A stretch of 64,000 nt of DNA from Gammaproteobacteria bacterium. GTDB lineage: Bacteria; Pseudomonadota; Gammaproteobacteria; Pseudomonadales; Azotimanducaceae. Positions within the stretch are counted from its first letter, which is position 1. Each line of letters starts with the position of its first letter. The position numbers and the translations under genes were made by a program. The notes beneath the pieces are model-generated. The model did no database searches. It saw only the letters and a program-made list of their open reading frames with translations, and was not told the origin of the DNA. The stretch lies in assembly GCA_009845835.1 (NCBI GenBank), contig VXYV01000037.1:12955-76954 (forward strand), written 5' to 3'. Shown here piece by piece: positions 28,979 through 39,400 of the stretch.

Positions 28979-30130
28979 CTAATCGCGTTCGAGGGCAATT
29001 GCTGTCCCCTCACCGCCACCTATACAGAGCGCGGCGATTCCACGACGAAGATTTTTTACTCGTAAAGCATGTGTTAGTGTCACAATGAGTCGACTCCCAG
29101 TTGAACCCAATGGATGACCTTGAGCGCAAGAACCACCATATATGTTCACTTTACTAGGGTCTAACTTGAGGTGGTCGACTGCTAGCATAGTCACAACCGC
29201 GAAGGCTTCGTTTATCTCAAACAAATCCACAGAATCTATGTCCCATCCGGTTTGTTTAAGTAAAGTTTGAATGGCATAAATTGGTGCAAGAACAAACTTT
29301 TGTGGAGCTAATGCAATTGAGGCATGGGCAACAATGCGACAAAGGGGTTCGTGATTTTCAGCTTCGACTAATGAATCGTTTGCAAGTAGTAAAGCCGAGG
29401 CGCCGTCGGAAATTGAACTAGTACTTGCAGCAGTAATGGTACCATCTTTCCGAAATGCCGGTCGTAGACGTGGAATAGCCCCGACGTCTGACTTCCGCGG
29501 TTGTTCGTCTTCATTTAAGTCGTTTATCGGTGCGATCTCATGTTTTAGATCTTCCCTGTCCATCGCCTTTCGTGCTTTCGTTAAAGAACCAATCGCAAAT
29601 TCATCCATGCTCTCTCGAGTTACTTGATATTCATCAGCAGTTAATTGGGCATAGTCCCCCATCGTTTTGTTGGTTTCAGCATCCTCCAGACCGTCGGTGA
29701 ACATCGAATCAAGCACTTCTCGGTGCCCCAATCTATACCCTTGCCGAACACGAGGTAACAGGTGAGGCATATTTGTCATACTTTCCATCCCACCAACGAT
29801 GATACAGGAAGCGTTCTCCGATTTAATTGAGTCATGTCCAATCATGGTTGCTTTCATCCCAGAACCACACACTTTATTGACAGTTGTCGCAGGAGTAGTA
29901 TCATCCAGACCAGCTTCTCGCATTGCTTGTCTCGCAGGTGCTTGGCGTAATCCAGCGCTAACCACATTACCCATATAAACTTCATCAATCCGACTTGGAT
30001 CGATTGCTAAGTCTAGCGTGACTGACTTTATCGCATGAGCTCCTAAACTAGTCGCCGTCAATTTAGAGAACATTCCTTGAAAACTACCAATAGGTGTTCT
30101 TTTCGCCGCGAGAATAAAAGTATCGTTCAT
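28979..30130 (-). CDS. Acetyl-CoA C-acetyltransferase (thiolase II)
   Basis: 383 aa. The nucleophile Cys is NKVCGSGMKA, with GHPLGSTG and the C-terminal CIGGGEGTA. Confidence 0.9.
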   Translation of the reverse strand: MNDTFILAAKRTPIGSFQGMFSKLTATSLGAHAIKSVTLDLAIDPSRIDEVYMGNVVSAGLRQAPARQAMREAGLDDTTPATTVNKVCGSGMKATMIGHDSIKSENASCIIVGGMESMTNMPHLLPRVRQGYRLGHREVLDSMFTDGLEDAETNKTMGDYAQLTADEYQVTRESMDEFAIGSLTKARKAMDREDLKHEIAPINDLNEDEQPRKSDVGAIPRLRPAFRKDGTITAASTSSISDGASALLLANDSLVEAENHEPLCRIVAHASIALAPQKFVLAPIYAIQTLLKQTGWDIDSVDLFEINEAFAVVTMLAVDHLKLDPSKVNIYGGSCAQGHPLGSTGSRLIVTLTHALRVKNLRRGIAALCIGGGEGTAIALERD

Positions 30131-30636
30131 GAGTTGCTTGTAACCTTTAATCGGTCAATTACTTCGGCAAAATTACAGGGTTCGTGCATCGGATTTAATT
30201 GTTCATCAAGAATCTTACCCCAGGCAAGTTGACAAGCTCGTAATGAGCCAGGTAAAGCAACAATCAACGTTTTGTTTGTTATTCCAGCAAAGGCTCGCGA
30301 TTGAACCGTCGAAGATCCAATATCGGTATACGACAACCAGCGAAACAGTTCTCCGAAGCCAGGGACAGGTTTCTCCAGTAATGGTTCAATGGCGTCTGGG
30401 GTACTATCTCGCCCACTAAAACCTGTTCCCCCGGTGCAGATGATTGCATCAATACTTGGTTGTTTAATCCACTTTTGCACTATATTTTGAATTTCATCAA
30501 TGTTGTCTTTTACAATTGCCCGAGTGAACACAGAATGGGTACTGGTAGCAATCTGTTCCGCCAGATAAGCTCCTGAAGTATCGGTGTCGAGAGTCCGTGA
30601 ATCGGAAATCACGAGAATAGCTATTTCCATTTTCAC
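30127..30636 (-). CDS. moaB: Molybdenum cofactor biosynthesis protein B (MoaB/MogA fold)
   Basis: 169 aa containing ILVISDSR...[13 protein letters not shown]. It has an ATGA overlap with the thiolase start. Confidence 0.85.
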   Translation of the reverse strand: MKMEIAILVISDSRTLDTDTSGAYLAEQIATSTHSVFTRAIVKDNIDEIQNIVQKWIKQPSIDAIICTGGTGFSGRDSTPDAIEPLLEKPVPGFGELFRWLSYTDIGSSTVQSRAFAGITNKTLIVALPGSLRACQLAWGKILDEQLNPMHEPCNFAEVIDRLKVTSNS

Positions 30637-30749
30637 AACATTTCTGTTCGCAAAATTACAATGTACTTATCGATTAACAGACTCATTCGAACCTACTATA
30701 GTATCGTTTCTAACCGTACAATCATTATTATTCCGATTGATTCTATTGA

Positions 30750-33700
30750 TTGATACGACAATTTCGTTCTTTAAACTATGGTGACAGGTTGAAAACCGAA
30801 CGTTTGTTTCTGACAGCCGAACGGATTGCACAAGAGTTCAATTTGTTCCCTACGGCCGATCCTAAATCACTGTATTCAGTACAGGGATTGCTGTCGGAAC
30901 AACAGATTCAAGAAAGACTTAGTCAACTCCACGCATTAGATGTTGACAGTTACATTGAACAAGTTGTTGTTCCCGCTGAGTCACCTAATCGCACTCCCGC
31001 CTCTGTTATTGTGCAGAATTTGGGTCGCGTTACCCAGTTAAACTCCGTTGGACCTTATCTCGACGCAATTGTCGAGATGGACTTTTCCTCGGCTTTGGGT
31101 AAGAGAATGGTAGCTTTTCTAGCTCAAGATCGCGTTCACACTAACGGTGTTTGGGGACCAGAAGAACACGCGCGCGCAGCGGAGTTCGTGCAAGCTACAG
31201 CGCGACGTTCAATCCCGGTAGTCAGTCTTATGGACACCCCTGGGGCGGCAGCGGACGAGAGTGCTAATCGTGGAAACCAAGCACATCATATTTCCCGACT
31301 TATTGCTGTCATGTCTGATCTTGATGTACCAAACATTGGTGTTATCTTGGGTATCGGGTATTCTGGGGGAGCTATACCGCTAGCGGCGAGCAACATGATT
31401 CTCTCAGTTCGTGATGGCGTTTTTAGCACTATTCAACCACGTGGTCTGGCAAGCATTGCGCGCCGACTCAATTTATCTTGGCAAGAGTGTGCGAAACATG
31501 TTGGACTATCGCCGTACGAACTGCTGCAACAAGGCAATATCGACGGTGTGATTGACTATGTTCCAGGAGAATCAGGCACAAACCTAGAAAACTTTCGTCG
31601 CGCGATCGTAACTGGTATCGCTTCAATCGAAGCAAGTACTAAGGCATTTGTCGCACAGGAAGAAATGTTCGTTCAGGAGTACCAAAATGTCTTAAATCGT
31701 TATCTCAATCCTACGGAACGGATGAAACAAACAGAAAGCGCTTCGTTATTTGAGTTCGTTGAAAACCCAACTGATTACCTTAACGTATTTGGGTTAGCGT
31801 ACCGACATTCTCGATACTTGCGGGTACGGCGCCGGATCAAGTCAACAAAAACCAGCGTATATGGTCGCTTAGCACAGCGAGAGTTACCAGAAGGTGAGTT
31901 GCTGCAACGCATCGAATTTGATCGACGTAAAGATTTCTTGTTATGGTTACAGGATCCTGATCGTATTGTTTACGACGACACAATTAAAAGTGCTTGGCGC
32001 AATTATTTGGCACGTAAAAGTGCGCTGGGCGATCAGCGGAATCGCTTACAACGCGCCCTATTTGGGGAACCAAAGAAAAACCTTACTGTCGCACAGAACA
32101 GTCTATTTGGTGTCGTGTGTGCTTACCTTGTTAATCGTTGGAAAGTAAGTGCTGCCGATAATCTCAAATTGTTGATTGGGTTCTTGCGTAACGAGTCGCG
32201 GCGCTTTGATCTCGTTCATCCCCAGGAAATAATGAATCCACGTGATCTGTTGAAGCAAATTGAAAGCAATGACAAAGTAGGAGAAGAACTGCGCAAACGC
32301 TTCACACATCATGGCTCGAAGTTGGTTAGAAGTAGCGAGATCGAGCGCTTAACCGACGAGCAATTGACAGAACAAATAGCGTTAGAACTGAATTTAGCTC
32401 TTACAGGTAGCTTGCTTCCCGTTTACTCGCATGAATCAGAGCAAGTCGTAGAAGACGATATCGACGTAACAACGCATAACCGGAAGCGGATAGAGAAAGA
32501 ATTTGGACGTTTTCTACGTGGTCGCAGTGTTGGATTTGCTGTCGTCGCAGAAGAAGCGACCATTAATATTCTCGACATCCTTCAACAACCTGATCTCAAA
32601 TCACTTTTTGTTGACGAACTAGAGCATCATTTAGTTTTTGATCAAGTTTACGATGGCGTCATTCGCTCGCTTGACAAGCTCGCTGCAGAAGCGAAAAATA
32701 CGCACGCGTTTGAAGCTTACACTATTCGTAATTTGTTGCTGAAAGAAACTGAAAGTGCGATCCGTGATATCAAGAATATTCCAGATGCAGACTTGACTGA
32801 AATCGAACAACACCAACAAGAGTTTTTTGCTTGGTATTTGCGGTTTGCAAGTAACGCAGTCTTTCGAAAGTATTTGGTAGCGGTTGAAGAATGGAAAAAA
32901 GCAATGTATTCGAATCTGTCGGACACGTTGTTCGTTGTCGTGACGTTTATATTCGAAAAACTCGTTGTGTCCTACTTGAAATATGAGAGTGAAAATTCAC
33001 GCTACAACGGTCGCATTACACCTCGTAATATAGGGCGTCGACGGGATTTCTGGAATAGACTGAACAACGCGTATCGAGATCTTCAAATCCAGGAAGTCTT
33101 GAAAAAATGGAGACAGACTCATCCGATCTCCTATGACGGATTCATTGAGAAATTCTTTGATGACTTTGAGCATTTGTTCACCGATCAACTGAGTAGTGAC
33201 CCAGTTCACTTCCCGGGATTTCGCATGTCCATTGAAAAAGCGATGGACAACCAATTACAACCTTGTGGAGTAGTAACTGGGATTGGTACTTTCAGACATC
33301 TCGACGTTGAGTTGCGAGTTGGGACTGTTATTTCCAACACCGCATTTCAAGCGGGTGCTTTTGATATGGCTAGTGCAGAAAAATTTTGTCGTTTGCTTCA
33401 CACTTGTGCAGATCGTCGATTACCTGTAATCTGTTTTATTTCCTCTGGGGGTATGCAAACAAAAGAAGGTGCAGGAGCTCTGTTTTCCATGGCTGCGATT
33501 AACGATCGAATTACTCATTTTGTTCGAGACTACGATCTTCCAATAGTAGTTTTTGGGTACGGGGATTGTACCGGTGGAGCCCAAGCGAGTTTTGTTACAC
33601 ATCCATTGGTCCACACGTATTACTTTGCAGGAACCAGTCTACCGTTCGCAGGTCAGATAGTAGTACCGAGTTATCTACCATTGGATTCCATTCTCTCCAA

Positions 33701-35672
33701 TTATCTAGTCAAAGTACCAGGTTCAATGCAGGGTCTAGTGCGACATCCATTTTTCGATAACTTAGACGAAGATTTACAGAAGATCGACCCAGACATCCCT
33801 GTATCTGAAGATTCAGTAGAAGATGTTGTCAAAGGTGTGATGGAAGGAGCATTGACCGCTGTACGGACGGTCGAACTACCAGTCGAACAACAGCAAAAGT
33901 CAATCAAGGAGGAAGATCTATATCGTCCAATCAAGAAGGTTATGGTACATGCGCGCGGCTGTGCCGCTGTCAAAATTGTTCGTATTGCTCAGCGTCAGGA
34001 CATTGATGTCGTTTTAGTGCAATCAGATCCGGATATGGAATCGGTTGCGGTGGATCTCTTACGAAGTCAAGATGAACTAATTTGCATCGGTGGGAGTACG
34101 CCAGATGAAAGTTATTTAAATGCCCGTTCCGTCTTGATGGTAGCCGATCAAACAAAAGTCGATTCATTACATCCGGGTATAGGGTTTCTTTCGGAGAATA
34201 GTCAATTCGCTCGACTAATTAGGCGACATGGGATCAATTTCGTCGGACCACCGGTAGCTTCGATGGAAACCATGGGTAACAAATCTAATGCGATCAATAC
34301 CGCCCTAAAACTCGGAATTCCGGTGGTACCGGGTAGTCACGGTATCGTAGATAACGTCGAACGTGCTATAGAACTCAGCCTCTCTATAGGATTTCCGATG
34401 CTCATCAAAGCGGTTCACGGTGGTGGCGGTAAAGGAATTCAACTAGTAGAATCGCCGAATGATTTCGTCGAACTATTCCAACGAGTTTCAGTCGAAGCGC
34501 GTGCCGCCTTCGGTAGTGGCGATGTATATCTCGAAAAATACATTACTAATCTTCGTCACATAGAAGTACAGATCTTGCGAGACAGTCATGGAAATACAAA
34601 GGTACTGGGCATACGTGACTGTAGTGTCCAGCGGAATCGACAGAAAATCTTCGAGGAATCTGCGTCGACGATGCTACCATCAAAACTTGAAAGAAGTGTC
34701 CACGACTATAGCGCAAAGATCGCCGACGAAGTCGGCTACGTTGGCGCGGGAACAGTTGAATTCATTTACGATCTCGATTCTAAGAACGTATACTTTATGG
34801 AGATGAACACACGGTTGCAAGTCGAACACCCTGTTACGGAGCTTGTATCAGAAGTCGATATCGTTGCCCAACAATTTGCTATTGCTTCAGGCGCTAGTAT
34901 CAGTGATCTACGTGTCGGTAGTAAAGGCTATGCTATTGAAGCCAGAATTAACGCAGAGACAGTCGCACGCGATAGTAGTGGAAAGGTAGTCTTTCGTCCA
35001 AGTGCTGGTCGCATCACGAAGTGTGAATTGCCAGAAGATCCTCGTGTCGAAGTGATTTCGATTGCCGCTAAAGAAAAATTTATTTCACCATATTACGATA
35101 GTATGATCGCGCAGATTATTGCCCACGGTTCTAGTAGAAATTCTGCTGCTGATCGGCTTTTTGCTTTTCTTGACCAAGTAAGACTTGAAGGAATTGGTAG
35201 CAATGTAGCTTTGCTTAAACGCATCTTACAAGATGAAGTCTTTCGCGGTGGCAATTACTCCACTGATTACCTACCGGACTTCCTCGAACGTACCGACACC
35301 GCAAGCTTGATTACAGAAATGCAAGACATGTGTGGGAAATCGGACTCGGAAATAGATACAAGTACTATTACGATAGAGGGTAGCGATGAATTACGAGTGT
35401 TATCGCCCACTACCGGTATTTTCTACTCTAGACCTTCACCCACTGAGACAGATTACGTTAACTCGGGAGACATCGTTGACATTGATGCAATTCTTTGTCA
35501 AATTGAAGCGTTCAAAGTTTTTGCACCGCTCCGTTTACGAGATTTAAACACAACCGGTAATGAAGAGCTATACCCAAATTCCAAGAAGTATAAGGTTACT
35601 CGTATCAATGTTGCGACTGGTCAACAGATCAATACGTCGGACTTATTGTTCATCGTCAAACCTCAAGATTAA
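30750..35672 (+). CDS. Single-chain multidomain biotin carboxylase: AccA-like CT / long linker / AccD-like CT / biotin carboxylase / BCCP
   Basis: 1640 codons. The AccA-like part is PVVSLMDTPGAAAD..GIGYSGGAIPLA. The AccD-like part is GVVTGIGTF..FQAGAFDMASAEKF..PVICFISSGGMQTKEG. The BC ATP-grasp part is GFPMLIKAVHGGGGKGIQ and MEMNTRLQVEHPVTE. The BCCP part is SPTTGIFYSRPSP...CQIEAFKVF. The start codon is uncertain because there is no in-frame ATG before codon 110. Confidence 0.85.
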   Translation: MIRQFRSLNYGDRLKTERLFLTAERIAQEFNLFPTADPKSLYSVQGLLSEQQIQERLSQLHALDVDSYIEQVVVPAESPNRTPASVIVQNLGRVTQLNSVGPYLDAIVEMDFSSALGKRMVAFLAQDRVHTNGVWGPEEHARAAEFVQATARRSIPVVSLMDTPGAAADESANRGNQAHHISRLIAVMSDLDVPNIGVILGIGYSGGAIPLAASNMILSVRDGVFSTIQPRGLASIARRLNLSWQECAKHVGLSPYELLQQGNIDGVIDYVPGESGTNLENFRRAIVTGIASIEASTKAFVAQEEMFVQEYQNVLNRYLNPTERMKQTESASLFEFVENPTDYLNVFGLAYRHSRYLRVRRRIKSTKTSVYGRLAQRELPEGELLQRIEFDRRKDFLLWLQDPDRIVYDDTIKSAWRNYLARKSALGDQRNRLQRALFGEPKKNLTVAQNSLFGVVCAYLVNRWKVSAADNLKLLIGFLRNESRRFDLVHPQEIMNPRDLLKQIESNDKVGEELRKRFTHHGSKLVRSSEIERLTDEQLTEQIALELNLALTGSLLPVYSHESEQVVEDDIDVTTHNRKRIEKEFGRFLRGRSVGFAVVAEEATINILDILQQPDLKSLFVDELEHHLVFDQVYDGVIRSLDKLAAEAKNTHAFEAYTIRNLLLKETESAIRDIKNIPDADLTEIEQHQQEFFAWYLRFASNAVFRKYLVAVEEWKKAMYSNLSDTLFVVVTFIFEKLVVSYLKYESENSRYNGRITPRNIGRRRDFWNRLNNAYRDLQIQEVLKKWRQTHPISYDGFIEKFFDDFEHLFTDQLSSDPVHFPGFRMSIEKAMDNQLQPCGVVTGIGTFRHLDVELRVGTVISNTAFQAGAFDMASAEKFCRLLHTCADRRLPVICFISSGGMQTKEGAGALFSMAAINDRITHFVRDYDLPIVVFGYGDCTGGAQASFVTHPLVHTYYFAGTSLPFAGQIVVPSYLPLDSILSNYLVKVPGSMQGLVRHPFFDNLDEDLQKIDPDIPVSEDSVEDVVKGVMEGALTAVRTVELPVEQQQKSIKEEDLYRPIKKVMVHARGCAAVKIVRIAQRQDIDVVLVQSDPDMESVAVDLLRSQDELICIGGSTPDESYLNARSVLMVADQTKVDSLHPGIGFLSENSQFARLIRRHGINFVGPPVASMETMGNKSNAINTALKLGIPVVPGSHGIVDNVERAIELSLSIGFPMLIKAVHGGGGKGIQLVESPNDFVELFQRVSVEARAAFGSGDVYLEKYITNLRHIEVQILRDSHGNTKVLGIRDCSVQRNRQKIFEESASTMLPSKLERSVHDYSAKIADEVGYVGAGTVEFIYDLDSKNVYFMEMNTRLQVEHPVTELVSEVDIVAQQFAIASGASISDLRVGSKGYAIEARINAETVARDSSGKVVFRPSAGRITKCELPEDPRVEVISIAAKEKFISPYYDSMIAQIIAHGSSRNSAADRLFAFLDQVRLEGIGSNVALLKRILQDEVFRGGNYSTDYLPDFLERTDTASLITEMQDMCGKSDSEIDTSTITIEGSDELRVLSPTTGIFYSRPSPTETDYVNSGDIVDIDAILCQIEAFKVFAPLRLRDLNTTGNEELYPNSKKYKVTRINVATGQQINTSDLLFIVKPQD

Positions 35673-36424
35673 AAGGATTGTGTCACTAGTTCCCAAACAC
35701 CTTGTAGAACACAAAGTATCGATACGAGGCGAATAATCCACGGTACCAGATTTTGAAAGGTCTGTTCTGGTACCCGGTGCAAAATTTGCACTCCACACCA
35801 GGTACCTAACATCGACACAACGACAGCTACCAAAGTAAGACCCAAGATTTCCTGGCCACTAGATAGCCAATTGAGTTGTACCGTAATGTATAGATAGTAA
35901 CCCATCTTACACACGTGTCCTATTGTTTGGGTGAATGCCTTCGTGGCGACAATTTCGAAGCGATTGAGCTGTGATTTTTGAAAAAAGAGATCTAGTATTG
36001 GTCCCGAAGTACCCGCTAGCAGTTGGGTAAATCCAACAGTTGCGCCGCAGAGGAAACTTACCCAAGGTTTTTTAATGTCAAGCCCCCAATTTTTAGGAAT
36101 GTTGACTCCAATGAGAGTGACAATTCCGATGAGTAGTAACAGCAGTCCCTTGTGAGGAACGATAGTTAGTAATACAAATGGAACTAATGCGGTAGCAGTA
36201 CCGAGAAAATAGACGGGAAGTGTAGACCATACTACATGTTGACGGATCAACAAGAACCGCGACCCGTTAGCAAATGCTTGAACGAGACCATGCAAAAACA
36301 TCGCATTCGGCACGCTCATTAGACTTACTAGGATCGCGAGCAGAATGATGCCGCCAGCCATACCGACTACACCTGACAAAAGGCTTGTCAGGAACACAGA
36401 GATGGTTACCAGCAGATACAGCAC
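35669..36424 (-). CDS. TSUP (TauE/SafE) family anion exporter
   Basis: 251 aa with about 8 TM helices. SGVVGMAGGIILLAIL and GTSGPILD are typical repeats. Confidence 0.8.
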   Translation of the reverse strand: MLYLLVTISVFLTSLLSGVVGMAGGIILLAILVSLMSVPNAMFLHGLVQAFANGSRFLLIRQHVVWSTLPVYFLGTATALVPFVLLTIVPHKGLLLLLIGIVTLIGVNIPKNWGLDIKKPWVSFLCGATVGFTQLLAGTSGPILDLFFQKSQLNRFEIVATKAFTQTIGHVCKMGYYLYITVQLNWLSSGQEILGLTLVAVVVSMLGTWCGVQILHRVPEQTFQNLVPWIIRLVSILCVLQGVWELVTQSF

Positions 36425-36492
36425 CGAGCCTACTGTGCTAATGGCTGCAGTTCGAGTCTGCCTGTCGAATATTCGCTTGAGTCAGATTTGAA

Positions 36493-39400
36493 CTAGGAGT
36501 CAGTTGCAAGCGGCGGTGGTGAACGTTCGGCCTGAGGTTCAAAATTGGCTACGACACTCCAACTACTGCGTGCCCAACGTACAAACACCACTGCAAGCCA
36601 AAGCAACCACATGACGATCAATGCCAGATATACCCATTGCGGTAGCGCAAGCAACCAAACAACGGGTAGTGATTCTCCTACTTCATCGACATACCAACTA
36701 AAGTAATTGTGAAACATATTTCCACTGGAAACATCCACCAAAACATTGATTACCAAGTAAATGACAACGATGCCAAAAATGACACCTAGCAGAACGAAAA
36801 TGCTTTGTATTACACGAAAAAGTATCTTGTACTTCGAATCTTGTTGGTTGTGCGACCGCCACCAGACCACTAATTTCCATACCCCGATCACAAAAAAGAT
36901 CCATGGATTAGTCAGCGCTGAGCCTATTGCTAAGAGAATCACTTCCACGACTGACATTCCAATATTCGGGACACGTACTAAGCAGAGTCCGAGCACAATC
37001 AAACCTGCCGCCGTGAGCCAAGTCAACACATCAGGATTCTGTGCTAAACCACCGGTCCAAATTACCCAACGATTCCGTGGTACCGACACGGTATAACTCA
37101 TATTTAAGGCTTGTTGATTCAGAGTAATAGTTGGCGATTTTTCTAATATGTCAACACCTGAAGCTGTTTCCCACTCAATTTGGTAACGGCCTAAACCGTT
37201 ACTAATCGGTAACAGTATTGTTGACGATGGTGGTATCGGTTGTTGATCGTTGTTGGCGAGAATATCTTTAATTATTGCGTTTTCCGGAATACTAATAGAA
37301 AATTCGCTCGCTTGTGTCGCTTGGACAGATAAGTACAGTGTTGTTTCCGTTGTACGCTCTTTCACGCCCATTGCTAGATGAGCCCTTTCAACCGTTAGCG
37401 TAGTACCGGGTACTCTGCTTGGCTGCGAAAATTTCAAGTCCAAAGTTTCACCTGATAGCGGTACAAAAATGGTCAAACGATTGTCGGATTGAATGGGAGT
37501 TATTCCGGCAAAATCAAGTAACCAAAACTCCGAAGTCCGAATCGACCATACTTCCGATCTTTCCGTTAGATCAGGGGCGCGCAGTTGTAGGTCCATTTGG
37601 GCATTGAACAGACTTTCCCATCTGAATGAACTTTGCCAACCTGCGAAATTGATAACCATCTCTCGAATTTCCATTAAGTCACTGTGTTCGAGTACCGCCT
37701 CGTTTGGAAGCAACGGTATTCGAACAGTAAATTCGCCGGTTTCCGGTGCGATACGCTCAACGACCGTTTCCATTCTTGGTTCATACTCTAAGTAAATCTT
37801 TCGAGTTACCGATACATAGGGATAGATGAATTGACGAGACTTCATTAATGAGTTGGTTTCATCGTCATCGTCCGTATCGCGCACTGTTTTTCGAAGCGAA
37901 AAAGATTGTTGTTGTAATTGATTTTGATTGATTCCTTCTACCTGCCAGCCTTCAGTATTCAGATAGATGTAACTGGGTAACAGTGGGAATCGAAAGTCAA
38001 GTCGGTACAAGTTGCTAATGTTTGCTATGACTGTAACATCATGGACACCTTTATCCAAAACCGTATAGAGGTGAGTTCGTTTGCGTAACAAAGGTAAGTC
38101 TACTTCATCAAGGGAAATCTCCTTAAGGTGCCAGGTATCCTCGCTCGTTGGTAATGGAACCGCTACTCGGTTGAGTGTGTGAATGCGAAGAACCATTGTC
38201 ATTTGGTCGTCATTTGTCGTAACCGTTGCTTGTTCCATATAGGCACAATCGCCTTCGCATTCCATCGCATCCAACAGTCGATCTTCAAGATCCTCAAGCA
38301 GGTCGCTGTCAGGTATCTCTGCATGTAAGTCGTTGGCCGTATTCAACATGAGACCAACCAGCAATAGACATGGCACAATGCGCACGACTCGTTTAATTAA
38401 GTTTGGTAATTGGGCGACTGTTTGCGGTACTTGAACTAATAGAAAGAATATCGAGACTACCGCCATCAGAATCGCGCCAATACCGATTGCAGTACGTGAG
38501 ACCCATGGTGGTAGTAGCACAAAATTTAGATTTTGATTGGTACTAACTGAGCCATCCCAATCAAACTGTACTGAATTGTGCCGCCAGAATGGCGTCCCTG
38601 GGCCGGTTTGTACATTTACAGCTCGAGTGTTCGTAGGTCTTGTTTGGGTACTTGAAGTGTCCCCAGTTAGATCATCTCCTGTATCACCGATATAGGCGGT
38701 CTGAGGGTTAGTGGAACTGAACTGTTGTGGAATCTTTCGGAAGAAGTCGTCAATCGTAGTCGCACCGGTTGCGGCACTGTCTTCTGCCTCATAGATGACC
38801 ATATTAGCAGTGCTACCCCCTTCTGGTAGCCGCGACCCTGTAGCAACAACCAGCCTGTCAGGTTTCGGTAATCTTCTCTGCAACTCAACGGATACAGTAT
38901 CGATTAAAGAGTAGTTATAGTTTTGTTCTTGACCGAGTTGGGGGTACAGGGCATCGCGGGCGAGAAAAGTAGCTGTGTAAATCGTCATGAGTGACACTAC
39001 AATGAGAACCACACCATAGCAGATTCGTAGAATTTTTTGTAGGTGGTTTGAACGAACAAATCGAAGCAACAGACCTAGGCTGGCAAGCCCGATCCAACCG
39101 ATCATCGGTTCGAAACTATAAGGGAAACTTAGCAATATTGTGACCGCTAGTACGGTCGTCCACAAAGTACCTCCTAGACGAAAGACTAAGATGAGTAACA
39201 GGAGAGCAAGGAATATGCTCGCGATCGACCAATGCGACACCCATGAATTTTTAACTTGATCCGAACCTTGCGACCAAAGCATCAACCAACCGGGTGGTAG
39301 ATGCATGGTCATGTTTAGACCCTGGGCTTCAATGTCCCAGCCAATCGCAGGAATGGAATTGCTTTTTTTGAACTGTGTTACCGCTTCGATTTCAGAAATG

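Noticed and set aside
33420-34167. Several 60-90-aa minus-strand ORFs inside the carboxylase gene; similar short ORFs lie inside valS, fabY, the 1402-aa gene and secD
   Set aside because: All are antisense or off-frame within long ORFs that carry strong family motifs. They are treated as noise.
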